DNA of 64,000 nt from Cyclobacteriaceae bacterium (GTDB lineage: Bacteria > Bacteroidota > Bacteroidia > Cytophagales > Cyclobacteriaceae), in contig DASUGQ010000118.1 in NCBI GenBank assembly GCA_036273935.1, positions 4,474 through 68,473 on the forward strand, read 5' to 3'. The translations under genes and the position numbers were made by a program. Positions 29,529 to 39,224 of this stretch are shown one piece after another (the stretch's first letter is position 1; every line of letters begins with the position of its first letter). Below the pieces are notes generated by a model, which saw only the letters and a program-made list of their open reading frames with translations, was not told the DNA's origin and made no database searches.

Positions 29529-30491
29529 ATGCCTTCAATAGTAGAAACACCTCCGGTAGAGGTGCAACAAGAACTTGCCCTACTTCGGCAAGATCTTCAT
29601 ACTTTGATCCCCTCAAAACAACTAACCGGAAATGTTCTTATTGCCACTTGGAACATTCGCGCTTTCGGCGATCTCACAGAAAAATGGGAAGCAGCGGAAA
29701 ATGATTCCCCCAAACGAGACCTTCATTCATTGCTGGCGATCGCAGAGATAATTTCGCATTTTGACATTATCGCTGTCCAGGAGATTAGGGGAAACATCAA
29801 ATGCCTTCGTCATATGTTGAAAGTCTTGGGACGCGATTGGAATTTCCTGATGACCGATGTAACACGCGGCAACGCTGGTAACAACGAACGTATGGCCTTT
29901 CTCTACGACACGAGGAAAGTCAATTTGTCGGGGCTCGCCTGTGAGCTTGTGGTACCGAATGAGTGGCTCAATCGCATTGGAGAAAACGCGCTGACCAGGC
30001 AATTCGCTCGCACCCCCTATGCAGTGAGTTTCAGGGTAGGCGGCAAAACGTTTGTGTTGATAACCTTACACGTGCTTTATGGGGACAATGCCGCAGCACG
30101 CATACCCGAACTAAAGGCGATTGCCGAATGGGTGGCAGACTGGGCTAAGGAACTGCATTCTTGGGATCACAGCCTTATTGTATTGGGGGACTTCAATATC
30201 GAAAAAATAGGAGATCCAACCTATGAAGCTTTCACATCAACAGGGCTTACCGTTCCAGCCGAACTGCAGAACATTCCAAGAACAATATTCAAAAATTCGT
30301 ATAGCTTCTACGATCAAATTGCCTGGTTTGTAGATAGCCTGGCTCGACCGGAATTATCATTGACCTTCACACGGGGCAACATTTACAATTTTGTGGGTAA
30401 AGTCTTAAATAACAGAAACTACACTAACACCCAGCTTTCGCATCGAATTTCTGACCACTTTCCGTTGTGGGCAGAGTTTTCAACATTATAA
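29529..30491 (+). CDS. Endonuclease/exonuclease/phosphatase (EEP) family protein, DNase I-like, with no signal peptide
   Basis: It has the motifs 'IATWNIRAFG', 'IIAVQEIRG', 'LGDFNI' and 'SDHFPLWAEF'. Confidence 0.8.
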   Translation: MPSIVETPPVEVQQELALLRQDLHTLIPSKQLTGNVLIATWNIRAFGDLTEKWEAAENDSPKRDLHSLLAIAEIISHFDIIAVQEIRGNIKCLRHMLKVLGRDWNFLMTDVTRGNAGNNERMAFLYDTRKVNLSGLACELVVPNEWLNRIGENALTRQFARTPYAVSFRVGGKTFVLITLHVLYGDNAAARIPELKAIAEWVADWAKELHSWDHSLIVLGDFNIEKIGDPTYEAFTSTGLTVPAELQNIPRTIFKNSYSFYDQIAWFVDSLARPELSLTFTRGNIYNFVGKVLNNRNYTNTQLSHRISDHFPLWAEFSTL

Positions 30492-30755
30492 AAACTCAAA
30501 TTTCCTTATTCAGCTCCGTTTCAATTTCATTGTCGATTTCTTCATAAAACTTTCTTGTCCCGACATACATTTGATTTTTGTTCTTAGCATCGGAAAAAAT
30601 TTCGCCATGCTTCCCAGATGACGACGTTGCTGCCCTTAAGCCTTCGCAAACCCATTCAAAAGATTCGAATTAAATGATTAGATTTGAGGCTGTGAAATCT
30701 TCCTTCTTTAGCCAAGAGATCGCTTGGAACGTACTGTTAGCCGTAATTGAAACAT

Positions 30756-31361
30756 ATGATTTCCATCTACAAGATTAAGCCTAAATTTCAGCAACTTCTC
30801 AACCCTATTTTAGTCAGCCTCCATAAAAATGGAGTGACGGCAAATCAGATCACGATATCATCCATTGTTCTGTCGTTTCTAATTGGTGTGGCATTCTGGT
30901 ACGCGAAAGCCAACAGGTTGCTGTTCCTGAGTTTACCAATAGGGTTGTTAGTTAGAATGGCACTAAATGCGCTCGATGGAATGATGGCTAGGACTTACAA
31001 TCAACAATCTAAAAAAGGCGAGGTATTAAATGAGTTGGGTGACGTAATTTCTGACCTCGCAATATTTTTCCCCTTGCTCGCCTTCGAACAAAACAATATC
31101 TTCTTAATCGTTGTCTTTCTCTGTCTGAGTATTATCAATGAATTTGCCGGCCTCCTTGGGAAAGTAATATCGGGCCATAGGAGATACGATGGGCCGATGG
31201 GGAAGAGCGATCGGGCCTTTGTCATGGGGTTGTATGGTATCCTTTACTTTCTTGATGTTGGCTTAAGTAGCATATCAGTTTGGATTTTCACTATAATTAA
31301 TCTTTTGCTGGTCGTCAGTACAACGATCCGAATATTCAAATCGCTTCAACCCCATGAATGA
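30756..31361 (+). CDS. CDP-alcohol phosphatidyltransferase family protein
   Basis: 'LNALDGMMARTYNQQSKKGEVLNELGDVISD' approximates DG..AR..(8)G...D...D, and Asn sits where the first Asp of DxxDG is usual. The protein is a multi-pass membrane protein. The track start at 30747 is TTG; an ATG lies at 30756. Confidence 0.75.
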   Translation: MISIYKIKPKFQQLLNPILVSLHKNGVTANQITISSIVLSFLIGVAFWYAKANRLLFLSLPIGLLVRMALNALDGMMARTYNQQSKKGEVLNELGDVISDLAIFFPLLAFEQNNIFLIVVFLCLSIINEFAGLLGKVISGHRRYDGPMGKSDRAFVMGLYGILYFLDVGLSSISVWIFTIINLLLVVSTTIRIFKSLQPHE

Positions 31362-32307
31362 AATTCTTGAATTAAGATATTTCAAACAAAACGATCTACT
31401 GATCATCGTAGCATTGATTTTTGCTCTTTTGATCTTGGCTTCGTCATTGATATTTGTTATAGGCCGCATTAACTCTAAGGCTAAGCTTGAAGAGCTTAAG
31501 GCCCGCACCAAGTCATGGTGGATAATGGCAACAGTTTTTATTGGGGCTACGATTTTTAATACCACAATCTCCTATATCGCGATTGCTTTTCTTTCATTCG
31601 TGGCATTCCGCGAGCTGTACTCTCTTTTGGGTTTCCGGCAATCAGATCGCCGGGCAATCTTTTGGGCGTTCGTTTCAATTCCAATTCAATATTATCTGGC
31701 TTTCATTGGGTGGTATGGGGCGTTCATCATTTTTATTCCAGTAGTCATGTTCTTACTGCTCCCGCTGCGCCTTGTGCTAAAAGGAGAGACGTCTGGAATT
31801 ACCAAGTCAATGTCTATGCTACAATGGACACTGATGTTAACGGTTTTTGGCATTAGTCATCTGGCTTACCTTTTATCTCTTCCTGACATCGAAGGATTTA
31901 ATTCAGGAGGAAGGGGTCTGTTGCTATTTGTTGTCTTTCTGACGGAGATCAATGATGTGCTTCAATTTACTTGGGGGAAGCTTCTCGGTAAAAATAAGAT
32001 CATACCAAAAGTAAGTCCAAACAAAACATGGGAAGGATTTCTCGGTGGCCTTGTCTGTACAACTGGCATAGGGTATTTCCTCGCTTTCTTGACCCCTCTT
32101 ACCACCTACCAGGTTCTCATGGTCAGTTTTCTAGTTGCTCTTGCCGGGTTCATTGGTGACGTGGTTATGTCGGCCATCAAGCGAGATATCGGCGTAAAAG
32201 ACACCGGTACATCAATACCGGGCCATGGCGGTATTTTGGACCGCATTGATTCACTCGCTTACACCGCACCTGCATTTTTTCACCTGGTATATTATCTAGC
32301 ATACTAA
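31354..32307 (+). CDS. cdsA: Phosphatidate cytidylyltransferase (CDP-diglyceride synthase)
   Basis: It carries the signature 'SAIKRDIGVKDTGTSIPGHGGILDRIDS' and 'KTWEGFLGG'. It overlaps the upstream gene by 8 nt. Confidence 0.85.
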   Translation: MNEILELRYFKQNDLLIIVALIFALLILASSLIFVIGRINSKAKLEELKARTKSWWIMATVFIGATIFNTTISYIAIAFLSFVAFRELYSLLGFRQSDRRAIFWAFVSIPIQYYLAFIGWYGAFIIFIPVVMFLLLPLRLVLKGETSGITKSMSMLQWTLMLTVFGISHLAYLLSLPDIEGFNSGGRGLLLFVVFLTEINDVLQFTWGKLLGKNKIIPKVSPNKTWEGFLGGLVCTTGIGYFLAFLTPLTTYQVLMVSFLVALAGFIGDVVMSAIKRDIGVKDTGTSIPGHGGILDRIDSLAYTAPAFFHLVYYLAY

Positions 32308-32943
32308 ATGAAGAAGCTGGTCTTACAAATCACCTTTGGTTTTTTCATTAGATATTTTTTGAAGGTAATCGTTGGTGTGAGATTTAGTGAAGCGAAATTC
32401 TTAAGTAAAGAAAAACAGTTTATCATTGTCGCAAACCACAATAGCCATTTGGATACGATGAGCCTGATGGCCTCAGTTCCAAGGAGCATCGTACATAGAG
32501 TCAGACCAGTAGCCGCTCAGGACCATTTTGGTAAAACCAAAGTTCAGGAGGTATTTAGTAATTTTTTCATTAATACCTTGTTGATCACGAGAAAGCGGAA
32601 AAAAAACAACTCCGCTGTGGATCCTGTTAGTAAGATGATACAAGCTTTGGATGATGGTTATTCTTTAATAATTTTTCCCGAAGGTACGAGAGGAGAGCCC
32701 GGCAAAGAGCAACCCTTAAAACCAGGTGTAGCACTAGTTCTCAGGCAGCGACCAGAAGTTAAATATGTTCCGGTATTTATGACCGGCATGGGAAACGCTA
32801 TGCCTAAAGGAGATAGCCTTATTGTTCCCTATAATGCTCATGTGACCTATGGAGCACCAAAGAAAATCATGAGTACAAATGTTGAGGATATCTTGACGCA
32901 GATTCACAACGACCTTAACCAGTTAAAGCAGCAACACCCCTAA
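32308..32943 (+). CDS. Lysophospholipid (1-acyl-sn-glycerol-3-phosphate) acyltransferase family protein
   Basis: It has the HX4D motif 'NHNSHLD' and 'FPEGTRG'. It starts immediately after the cdsA stop. Confidence 0.8.
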   Translation: MKKLVLQITFGFFIRYFLKVIVGVRFSEAKFLSKEKQFIIVANHNSHLDTMSLMASVPRSIVHRVRPVAAQDHFGKTKVQEVFSNFFINTLLITRKRKKNNSAVDPVSKMIQALDDGYSLIIFPEGTRGEPGKEQPLKPGVALVLRQRPEVKYVPVFMTGMGNAMPKGDSLIVPYNAHVTYGAPKKIMSTNVEDILTQIHNDLNQLKQQHP

Positions 32944-32954
32944 CTCCAACCATC

Positions 32955-33578
32955 ATGAAATTATTTTTGTCCATTTTCTTAGTCTTCTTAATGCTTTCTT
33001 GTACTGATAGGAAGGACGATATCAAAGAAGAGCCTGAGGTTTCCGACGCAACTCCGGAAGCTCTAGAAAGAGATAAAAGTGAATTTCAATTAAGATCACT
33101 TGGCAAGAGATATAGTGAAAACATAATTGAGGAGCTTTTTAGGGAGGCGATGGAAAGCGATTCTCAGCTGGGTAAGCTTGTTGAGGACTATGACCAATTG
33201 ACTGAAGCGAAATCAGACAGTCTCGAAGAATATATTGACTACAAACAGAACAACATTCGCTACTGGTCAGCTACGGAAAGGTACATTAGCCAATTAAGCG
33301 ACTCAACTCTCAAACATGAAATGAAGTCCGCGTTTGATGTTCTGAAAAAGAAATACGATGATCGAATATCAAATCATGAACTGGCGTTGAACGAATTAGC
33401 GAAAAAAGAGCAGATGTTAAAGGACTTGGAAATAATCATGAAGTTGATGGTGACAGAACCAATGATGAGTAACTACCAGAGGAATGAAATACCAGGTGTC
33501 ACAACCATCCATGGAGTATCAAAAGGATATGACACGTTAATCTCAAGAACAAGGAAATACACGACGATAAAAAAATAA
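32955..33578 (+). CDS. Lipoprotein of unknown function, predicted helical or coiled-coil
   Basis: It has the lipobox 'FLMLSC' and a charged helical sequence. It lies 11 nt after the acyltransferase gene. Confidence 0.5.
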   Translation: MKLFLSIFLVFLMLSCTDRKDDIKEEPEVSDATPEALERDKSEFQLRSLGKRYSENIIEELFREAMESDSQLGKLVEDYDQLTEAKSDSLEEYIDYKQNNIRYWSATERYISQLSDSTLKHEMKSAFDVLKKKYDDRISNHELALNELAKKEQMLKDLEIIMKLMVTEPMMSNYQRNEIPGVTTIHGVSKGYDTLISRTRKYTTIKK

Positions 33579-33727
33579 CCCATTTGTCAAATCTGCAAGG
33601 AGTCAGTTGATAATTCTTGCAGTTACATTACACTATAGGAATGGAGGGACAAAATTAGTTTAAATACTGAGCATTTTTTTGCAAAAGGTGACATTTTAAG
33701 GTACTTTTCGCACAAAATTGCTCAAGT

Positions 33728-34546
33728 ATGGCTAAAAATACGCCAAATGGAAGTGTAAGCGAATGGGTGGACAATCTGTTAACAAGGGGCAAAAATGCTT
33801 TCTCCCTTCAGCAAATGCGAGAGTCGTTTCCAGATCATTCCGAAGCAGCTATGAAGCGGGCTTTAAGCAGGCTTTCGTCGAAGAACAAAATCGTATCTGT
33901 TCATAAAGGATACTATGTAATTGTATCATATGAGCACGTTGCGAAAGGAATTGTTCCACCGCTTTTATATATCGATGGACTTATGAAATTTTTAAACAGG
34001 CCTTATTACGTAAGTCTGTTGAGTGCAGCAGCTCTGTATGGAGCAGCGCATCAGGCACCACAGGTATTCATGGTGAACACAACTTTTCCTGCGCTGCGTG
34101 TGAGCAAAAAGAAAAATGTCAGAATAAAATTTGTCCCGGTAAAAGAAATCCCAACTTCCTTATTAGAACAGAAGAAAACAGAGAGTGGGTACGTGCACAT
34201 ATCCTCACCGGAGCTTACAGCTATTGATTTGATCAATTATGCAAAGCATGTAGGTGGACTGAGCAGGGCGGCAACTGTTATTAATGAATTGGCTGACGAC
34301 ATGCGACCTGAAAAAATTGATAAGCAGCTAGCCCGACATGCAGAGACAGCAACACTTCAACGACTTGGATACATTGCCGATCAAATCCTTCATCGGAATG
34401 ATCTGGCCGACGCCATTGAAAACATTTGTAAAAAAATGAACTTGAAATTTTATAGGGTTTCTTTAATGGCAAAGGGCAAGCGTTATGGTTATCCTTGCAA
34501 CGAGCGTTGGAAAGTCATTGAAAACAGCATGATTGAAATAGACTGA
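33728..34546 (+). CDS. abiEi: AbiEi-family antitoxin/transcriptional regulator (type IV toxin-antitoxin or abortive infection)
   Basis: It has an N-terminal winged-helix region 'LQQMRESFPDHSEAAMKRALSRLSSKNKIVSVHKGYYVIV'. It overlaps the AbiEii start (TGATG). Confidence 0.8.
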   Translation: MAKNTPNGSVSEWVDNLLTRGKNAFSLQQMRESFPDHSEAAMKRALSRLSSKNKIVSVHKGYYVIVSYEHVAKGIVPPLLYIDGLMKFLNRPYYVSLLSAAALYGAAHQAPQVFMVNTTFPALRVSKKKNVRIKFVPVKEIPTSLLEQKKTESGYVHISSPELTAIDLINYAKHVGGLSRAATVINELADDMRPEKIDKQLARHAETATLQRLGYIADQILHRNDLADAIENICKKMNLKFYRVSLMAKGKRYGYPCNERWKVIENSMIEID

Positions 34547-35331
34547 TGATACCCATTAAACATATACAAGAGTGGAGTCATTTTGCGCCCTGGCAGGACA
34601 ATTATCAAATCGAGCAGGATCTTGTCATTTCAAGAGTGCTGGTGGAAATTTTCGCTGACCCTTTTCTGAAGGAACGTCTGGCTTTTCGTGGGGGCACTGC
34701 TTTACATAAATTATTTCTTAAAGAGCCTGCACGTTACTCTGAAGACATTGACCTGGTTCAGATTACCGGCGGACCCATCGGTGAAATACTAGACCGCCTG
34801 AGAATGGTTCTAAGTTGGTTCGAAAAGGTGAATGTTGAACGAAGTGAAATTACCAGCACCATGATTTTCCGATACGAGTCGGAAGCCGAACCTAAAGTGA
34901 AGCGGAAGCTGAAAGTAGAGATAAATGCAAGAGAGCACTTTGCCTTATTAGGTTACAATAAAATTTTCTTCGAGGTCAAATCTGAATGGTTTACGGGTGC
35001 AACTGAAATTCCATCTTTTTATATTGAAGAAATGCTTTCAACAAAACTTCGTGCGTTGTTTCAGCGAAGGAAGGGCAGGGATTTATTTGATCTCTACTGC
35101 GCGCTTACTGAAAATGAAATAGACTCGGCAAAGGTGATTGCTGGATTTCATGAATATTTGAAACGAGGGGACAACACGATAACGGCAGCCAATTTCATGC
35201 AAAACTTGGATGAGAAAGTGGTGGATGCGAACTTTCTAGGAGACATTGAAGCGCTCATCAGGCCGGACGTAAAATATGAAAGCCAAAAGGCCTACGAATT
35301 GGTAAAGGCAGAATTGATAGAAAAAATTTAG
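34546..35331 (+). CDS. abiEii: AbiEii/AbiGii-family nucleotidyltransferase toxin (DUF1814)
   Basis: It has the motifs 'LAFRGGTALHKLF' and 'RYSEDIDLV', which are typical of the AbiEii nucleotidyltransferase fold. Confidence 0.85.
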   Translation: MIPIKHIQEWSHFAPWQDNYQIEQDLVISRVLVEIFADPFLKERLAFRGGTALHKLFLKEPARYSEDIDLVQITGGPIGEILDRLRMVLSWFEKVNVERSEITSTMIFRYESEAEPKVKRKLKVEINAREHFALLGYNKIFFEVKSEWFTGATEIPSFYIEEMLSTKLRALFQRRKGRDLFDLYCALTENEIDSAKVIAGFHEYLKRGDNTITAANFMQNLDEKVVDANFLGDIEALIRPDVKYESQKAYELVKAELIEKI

Positions 35332-35395
35332 ATGCGAAATGTAACCTTTGTTAGTAGCCAGTTAGTTTATTTATGTATGTCAAGGAACAAAGCAT

Positions 35396-35436
35396 CAACA
35401 AAAATCATCTAATCATCAATAGAAAAATCTTAACAT
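35396..35436 (+). repeat. Right copy of the imperfect 41-nt direct repeat
   Basis: See 22617-22657. It lies between the AbiEii stop and the integrase stop. Confidence 0.8.
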
Positions 35437-35468
35437 GCTTAGCTCGCATTTTGCCCATCTAAACGCAC

Positions 35469-36626
35469 TTATCGTTCAAAAACTGGTAACTTGTTAATGG
35501 CCTGGACTTTTAACTTGTCTGTCATATGAGCATATCGTTCGGTTGAAACAACATGCTTGTGTCCCAATAATTTCGAAACTGTATAGATATCTACACCGTG
35601 CGAAAGCAGGAGTGTGGCATGGGTGTGCCGCGCTGAGTGAAATGTAATTTTCTTCGATATACCTGCCGCAATAGCCCATCGGCAAAGTTCTATTGCAGTT
35701 TTGGAGCTATATTTAAGCTCCTTGAAAATTAGCTGATGAACTTCGAAGGGAGCACCAAGTAATTCTTTCGCTTGTGGTGTTATGGGAACAACATGATGGT
35801 GCTTCGTCTTTCGTTGTTTGAAGTGAAGATACCATCCATCAACTTCATTGCCTTTTACCTCTTCCCAGTTTAAGTGTGCAATATCAGACCATCTTAGTCC
35901 AGTCAGTACACAAAACAGGAATGCATCCTTCAAGACAGGTTGATCGCATTTTGTCACTACGAGTCGTTTTACTTCGTTCAGTGTGAGAAACTCGCGCATA
36001 GTACTTTCCGCACGGATGGGCCGCGCGAGGTTAGCCGGATTGCGTTCGATAAGTCTGCGCTCATAAGCAGTCGTTAATGCAGCGCGTACTTTATTAAAAT
36101 AGGAGAGAGCTGTATTTGAACTAAGTCTTTGTTTCCCGGTTCGCCTATCAACCTCAAGCAAATAACTTCTGAACTCTTCTAGCCAAATGTCGTCAATCTC
36201 CTGAAGTGTTGGGTTATCGTCACGAAGAAAGACCAACACATGCTTGAAGGCAGAAGCCCAGTTGCCAGCGTTATTGTCAAATCGAATCTTTTCACTGGCG
36301 AGTTCAGCAAAGAAGTCTCTGAATTTTGGGCGAGGTTTTACAACAGCAGAACCATGGAGCCCGGTCTGTAATTCAAGAATCCTTTTGTACTTGATTTGCT
36401 TGGCAAGTTCAAGCGTTGTTTTGTTTTCGATTATCGCGAGATCATCCGTTGGTGGATTGAGATACAACTTCAAGAAGTCGTAGGAGCGTTTACCGTTCCA
36501 ATACGTGTCGAGGTAAAGTGAGTAGCCGCCATTTTTGATTCGTCTCTGGCGTAAGCGGACAGGGTCTTTTCGATTGAGATCTGCGTTTATAACTATACTA
36601 TAAAAAATTGGGATAACATTTTCCAA
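35469..36626 (-). CDS. Tyrosine site-specific integrase (phage integrase family, Bacteroidota type with an N-terminal arm-binding domain)
   Basis: It has 'RLRQRRIKNGGYSLYLDTYWNGKRSYDFLKLYLNP' and the catalytic region 'TFHSARHTHATLLLSHGVDIYTVSKLLGHKHVVSTERYAH'. The start codon is uncertain, because the track start is TTG. Confidence 0.85.
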   Translation of the reverse strand: MENVIPIFYSIVINADLNRKDPVRLRQRRIKNGGYSLYLDTYWNGKRSYDFLKLYLNPPTDDLAIIENKTTLELAKQIKYKRILELQTGLHGSAVVKPRPKFRDFFAELASEKIRFDNNAGNWASAFKHVLVFLRDDNPTLQEIDDIWLEEFRSYLLEVDRRTGKQRLSSNTALSYFNKVRAALTTAYERRLIERNPANLARPIRAESTMREFLTLNEVKRLVVTKCDQPVLKDAFLFCVLTGLRWSDIAHLNWEEVKGNEVDGWYLHFKQRKTKHHHVVPITPQAKELLGAPFEVHQLIFKELKYSSKTAIELCRWAIAAGISKKITFHSARHTHATLLLSHGVDIYTVSKLLGHKHVVSTERYAHMTDKLKVQAINKLPVFER

Positions 36627-36810
36627 GAGCTGACGTAACTGATGAATATCCCACTGGCGGTTACCTAACTTATATAAGGGTAAGCCTTCCGTTTGTTGTT
36701 CGTTTGCATTGAAAAATTTTTAAAAGGCTTCGTTTACTACTTTGTCATTGTAAGTTTAGTTAAAATCAAGTAGGTAGTTACTTTGTTAATCACGTCTCTC
36801 ACGTTAAAGA

Positions 36811-39224
36811 CTACTCACTCTTCAACGTGGTGGCCGGGTTGATTCTTGCCATTGTCAGCGTGAGGTAGCCTAACGTAATCCACGATAGTAAAATCAAAAA
36901 CATTCCAGCGCCAATGAAAATGATTGGATTCAACGTAACGCGATAAGCAAAATTCTGAAGCCAGTTTTGCATGATCCAGATTACAACCGGTGTAGCGATG
37001 ATTACGGCAATCAAAATCAGAATAGTAAAATCCTTAAGCAACAAGACCACAGATTATGGAACTCAGCACCGAGAACTTTTCTCACACTGATTTCTTTAGT
37101 CTTGTTGCGGAATGTGAGCGCTGCGATTCCCAGCAGTCCAAAGCAGGCAATCAAAATGGCTCCTCCGGAGAATGCAATGATAACGCGATTGATATTTTGC
37201 TCATTGCGATATTGTTGGTTAAGATTATCAGCCAGGAAAAAGAACTCGAACGTAAACCTGTTGTCGAATTTTTTCCAGATTCCTTCTATTTCATTGATCG
37301 TTTTGTTGAAATCATTGGTGTTGAGTTTTAAAACGATGTAATTGAAACCATTATTTCCCAATTTGATCAACAATGGTTTTACTGTGTGATGAAGGGATTG
37401 AAAATTAAAATCTTTTACAACGCCGATCACAGTCGCATTCAGGGCATCGCCATCTCGTTCCCAGATAATTTGCTTTCCAACCGGATGATCGAGCTGAAGA
37501 TTGCGCGCAGTAGTTTCGTTAATCAGAAATGCATTGTCTGTATCCGCAGGATTCTCCCTTAGGAAATCACGTCCTTCCGCCAACGAAATGTTTAATACTT
37601 TAAGAAAATCGTGATCAACGATGAGTTCAGAAACATCAATGTCATTTTCAGGATGAGTCGATTCAAAAATTTCATTTTGATTGAATGATCGCCCTGGAAT
37701 GTTAGATGCTGCTGAAACTTCTTTCACACCGGCAAGGTGCCTGAATTCTGTCTCCACGTCTGCGAAGCGATCTCTCAATGCATCCTGATTTTTTACCGGT
37801 ATTACGATCACTTCTTCTTTGCTAAAACCAACAGATCTGTTTTGAACTGCCTGAAGCTGATTGAAGATTACGACTGCAGCACAAATCAGTACCATCGATG
37901 CACTGAACTGAAAAACAGTAAAGGCCTTGCGTATCGAAGTTCCCTTTGGACTTTGCAAAAATTTGCCTTTCAGCGCTGGGGTTGGTTTTACTGACGACAA
38001 GTAAAGTGACGGATAAATACCGGCAACAAGTCCAACGACTATTCCGATCAGTGCCAAAATCGTGATCAATGAGATCATCGAAAACTGAACCGCACTTTCC
38101 GTCATAAAGTTGAACATTGGAACTAGTATCTGAATCATAGCAAGGGACACCAGCATCGCTGCCAAAGCCACCAGCACAGATTCACCAGTGAACTGGATGA
38201 TGAGTTGCCTTTTTAAAGCGCCAAGCGATTTGCGAATACCAATCTCCCTTGCGCGCTCTGCTGATTGTGCGGTCGTAAGATTAATGAAGTTGATGCACGC
38301 GATGACAAGAATCAGAATCGCAGCAGCAATCATCATGTAAACATAATCGATGTTGCCATTGCCCTCCAGTTCCCAGCGAACATTTGATTTGAGGTGAATA
38401 TCAGTAATCGGTTGAAGTTTCAGTCCATAGTGATTGTCCTCAAAGTATTTGAAATCTTCAGCTGACCAATCCACATAATTTTTGAGCCAGGGCATTAACT
38501 GACTTTCAAGTTTTTTTGCATCTGCTCCAGGTTTCAGTCTTACATAATTATAGTGTCCGAAATCTGCCCAGGTGTAGTACTGGCTTTGCGGATCTTCGAG
38601 TGCTTTTTCAAGAACATAGGAAACGAGGAAGTCGAAATGAAAATGCGAAAGCTCCGGAACATCTTTGAATACCGCTACTACTTCGATAAGCGTTTTGTCG
38701 TCATTGACCGAGAGGAATTTTCCGATAGGATTTTCATCACCGAAGTATTTGTGTGCGGCTTTTTCTGAGATCAGCAAGCCACCCATTTTTTTCAGGGCAT
38801 CGGGATCACCTTTTACGATCGGAAATGAAAAAACTTTGAAGAATGTCGTGTCAACTGCCAGCACACCGGTTTCATCGTATTGAATATTTTTCTGTGGGTT
38901 GCGGATGGAGAACGTTTCGCGTGTAAGGCCAGGGCCCCAGAGAGGAGAAAGACTTACGGCATTTTCTACTTCTGGAAAGTCGTGCACCATCGCCTGTGCG
39001 AGCGGATGAGGAGTTCGTGTTTGTGGATTATCGTTTTCCCAGATAACGCGATAGATATTTTCTGAACCTTCATGAAATTTATCGTACGCAAGTTCTCTGC
39101 TAAGATATTGATTGATGAGGAACACGCAGGTGACACCCAAAGCAAGCCCCAGAATGTTGATGAGACTGTAATATTTGTTCTTGAGCAGATTGCGGAGCGA
39201 GATCTTTAAATAATTGATGATCAT
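36811..39224 (-). CDS. FtsX/MacB-type ABC transporter permease (two FtsX domains), frameshifted near its 3' end as sequenced
   Basis: The 735-aa ORF (37017-39224) and the 79-aa ORF (36811-37050) join into the canonical C-terminus ('...KVLGAEFHNL/VVLLLKDFTILILIAVIIATP...WLQNFAYRV...NPATTLKSE') if one G is added around 37050. Confidence 0.8.

Larger units (their letters stand above)
16215..36810. mobile_element. Putative genomic island or composite accessory region, with uncertain boundaries
   Basis: The region contains degraded mobile-element genes (16.25-17.9 kb), toxin-antitoxin modules, AbiE, a tyrosine integrase at the right edge (35469-36626) and an internal 41-nt direct repeat pair. It is flanked by a PUL on the left and an FtsX permease on the right. 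Confidence 0.45.

Noticed and set aside
30500-30690. A minus-strand reading frame ending '...GEIFSDAKNKNQMYVGTRKFYEEIDNEIETELNKEI*' downstream of the EEP gene
   Set aside because: It has no in-frame start codon, it is below the ORF-track size limit and I recognise no family. It is possibly a gene relic, but this is unsupported.
30655-30700. A possible third, inverted copy of the 41-nt repeat (shares atctaatcat)
   Set aside because: Only about 10 contiguous matches, with poor flanking similarity. This is compatible with chance in AT-rich DNA.
33640-33727. TTTTGCAAAAGGT ... ACTTTTCGCACAAAA as the AbiEi operator inverted repeat
   Set aside because: AbiEi proteins are known to bind inverted repeats in their own promoters and the location fits. 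However, the two arms match only loosely, so I did not annotate it as a feature.
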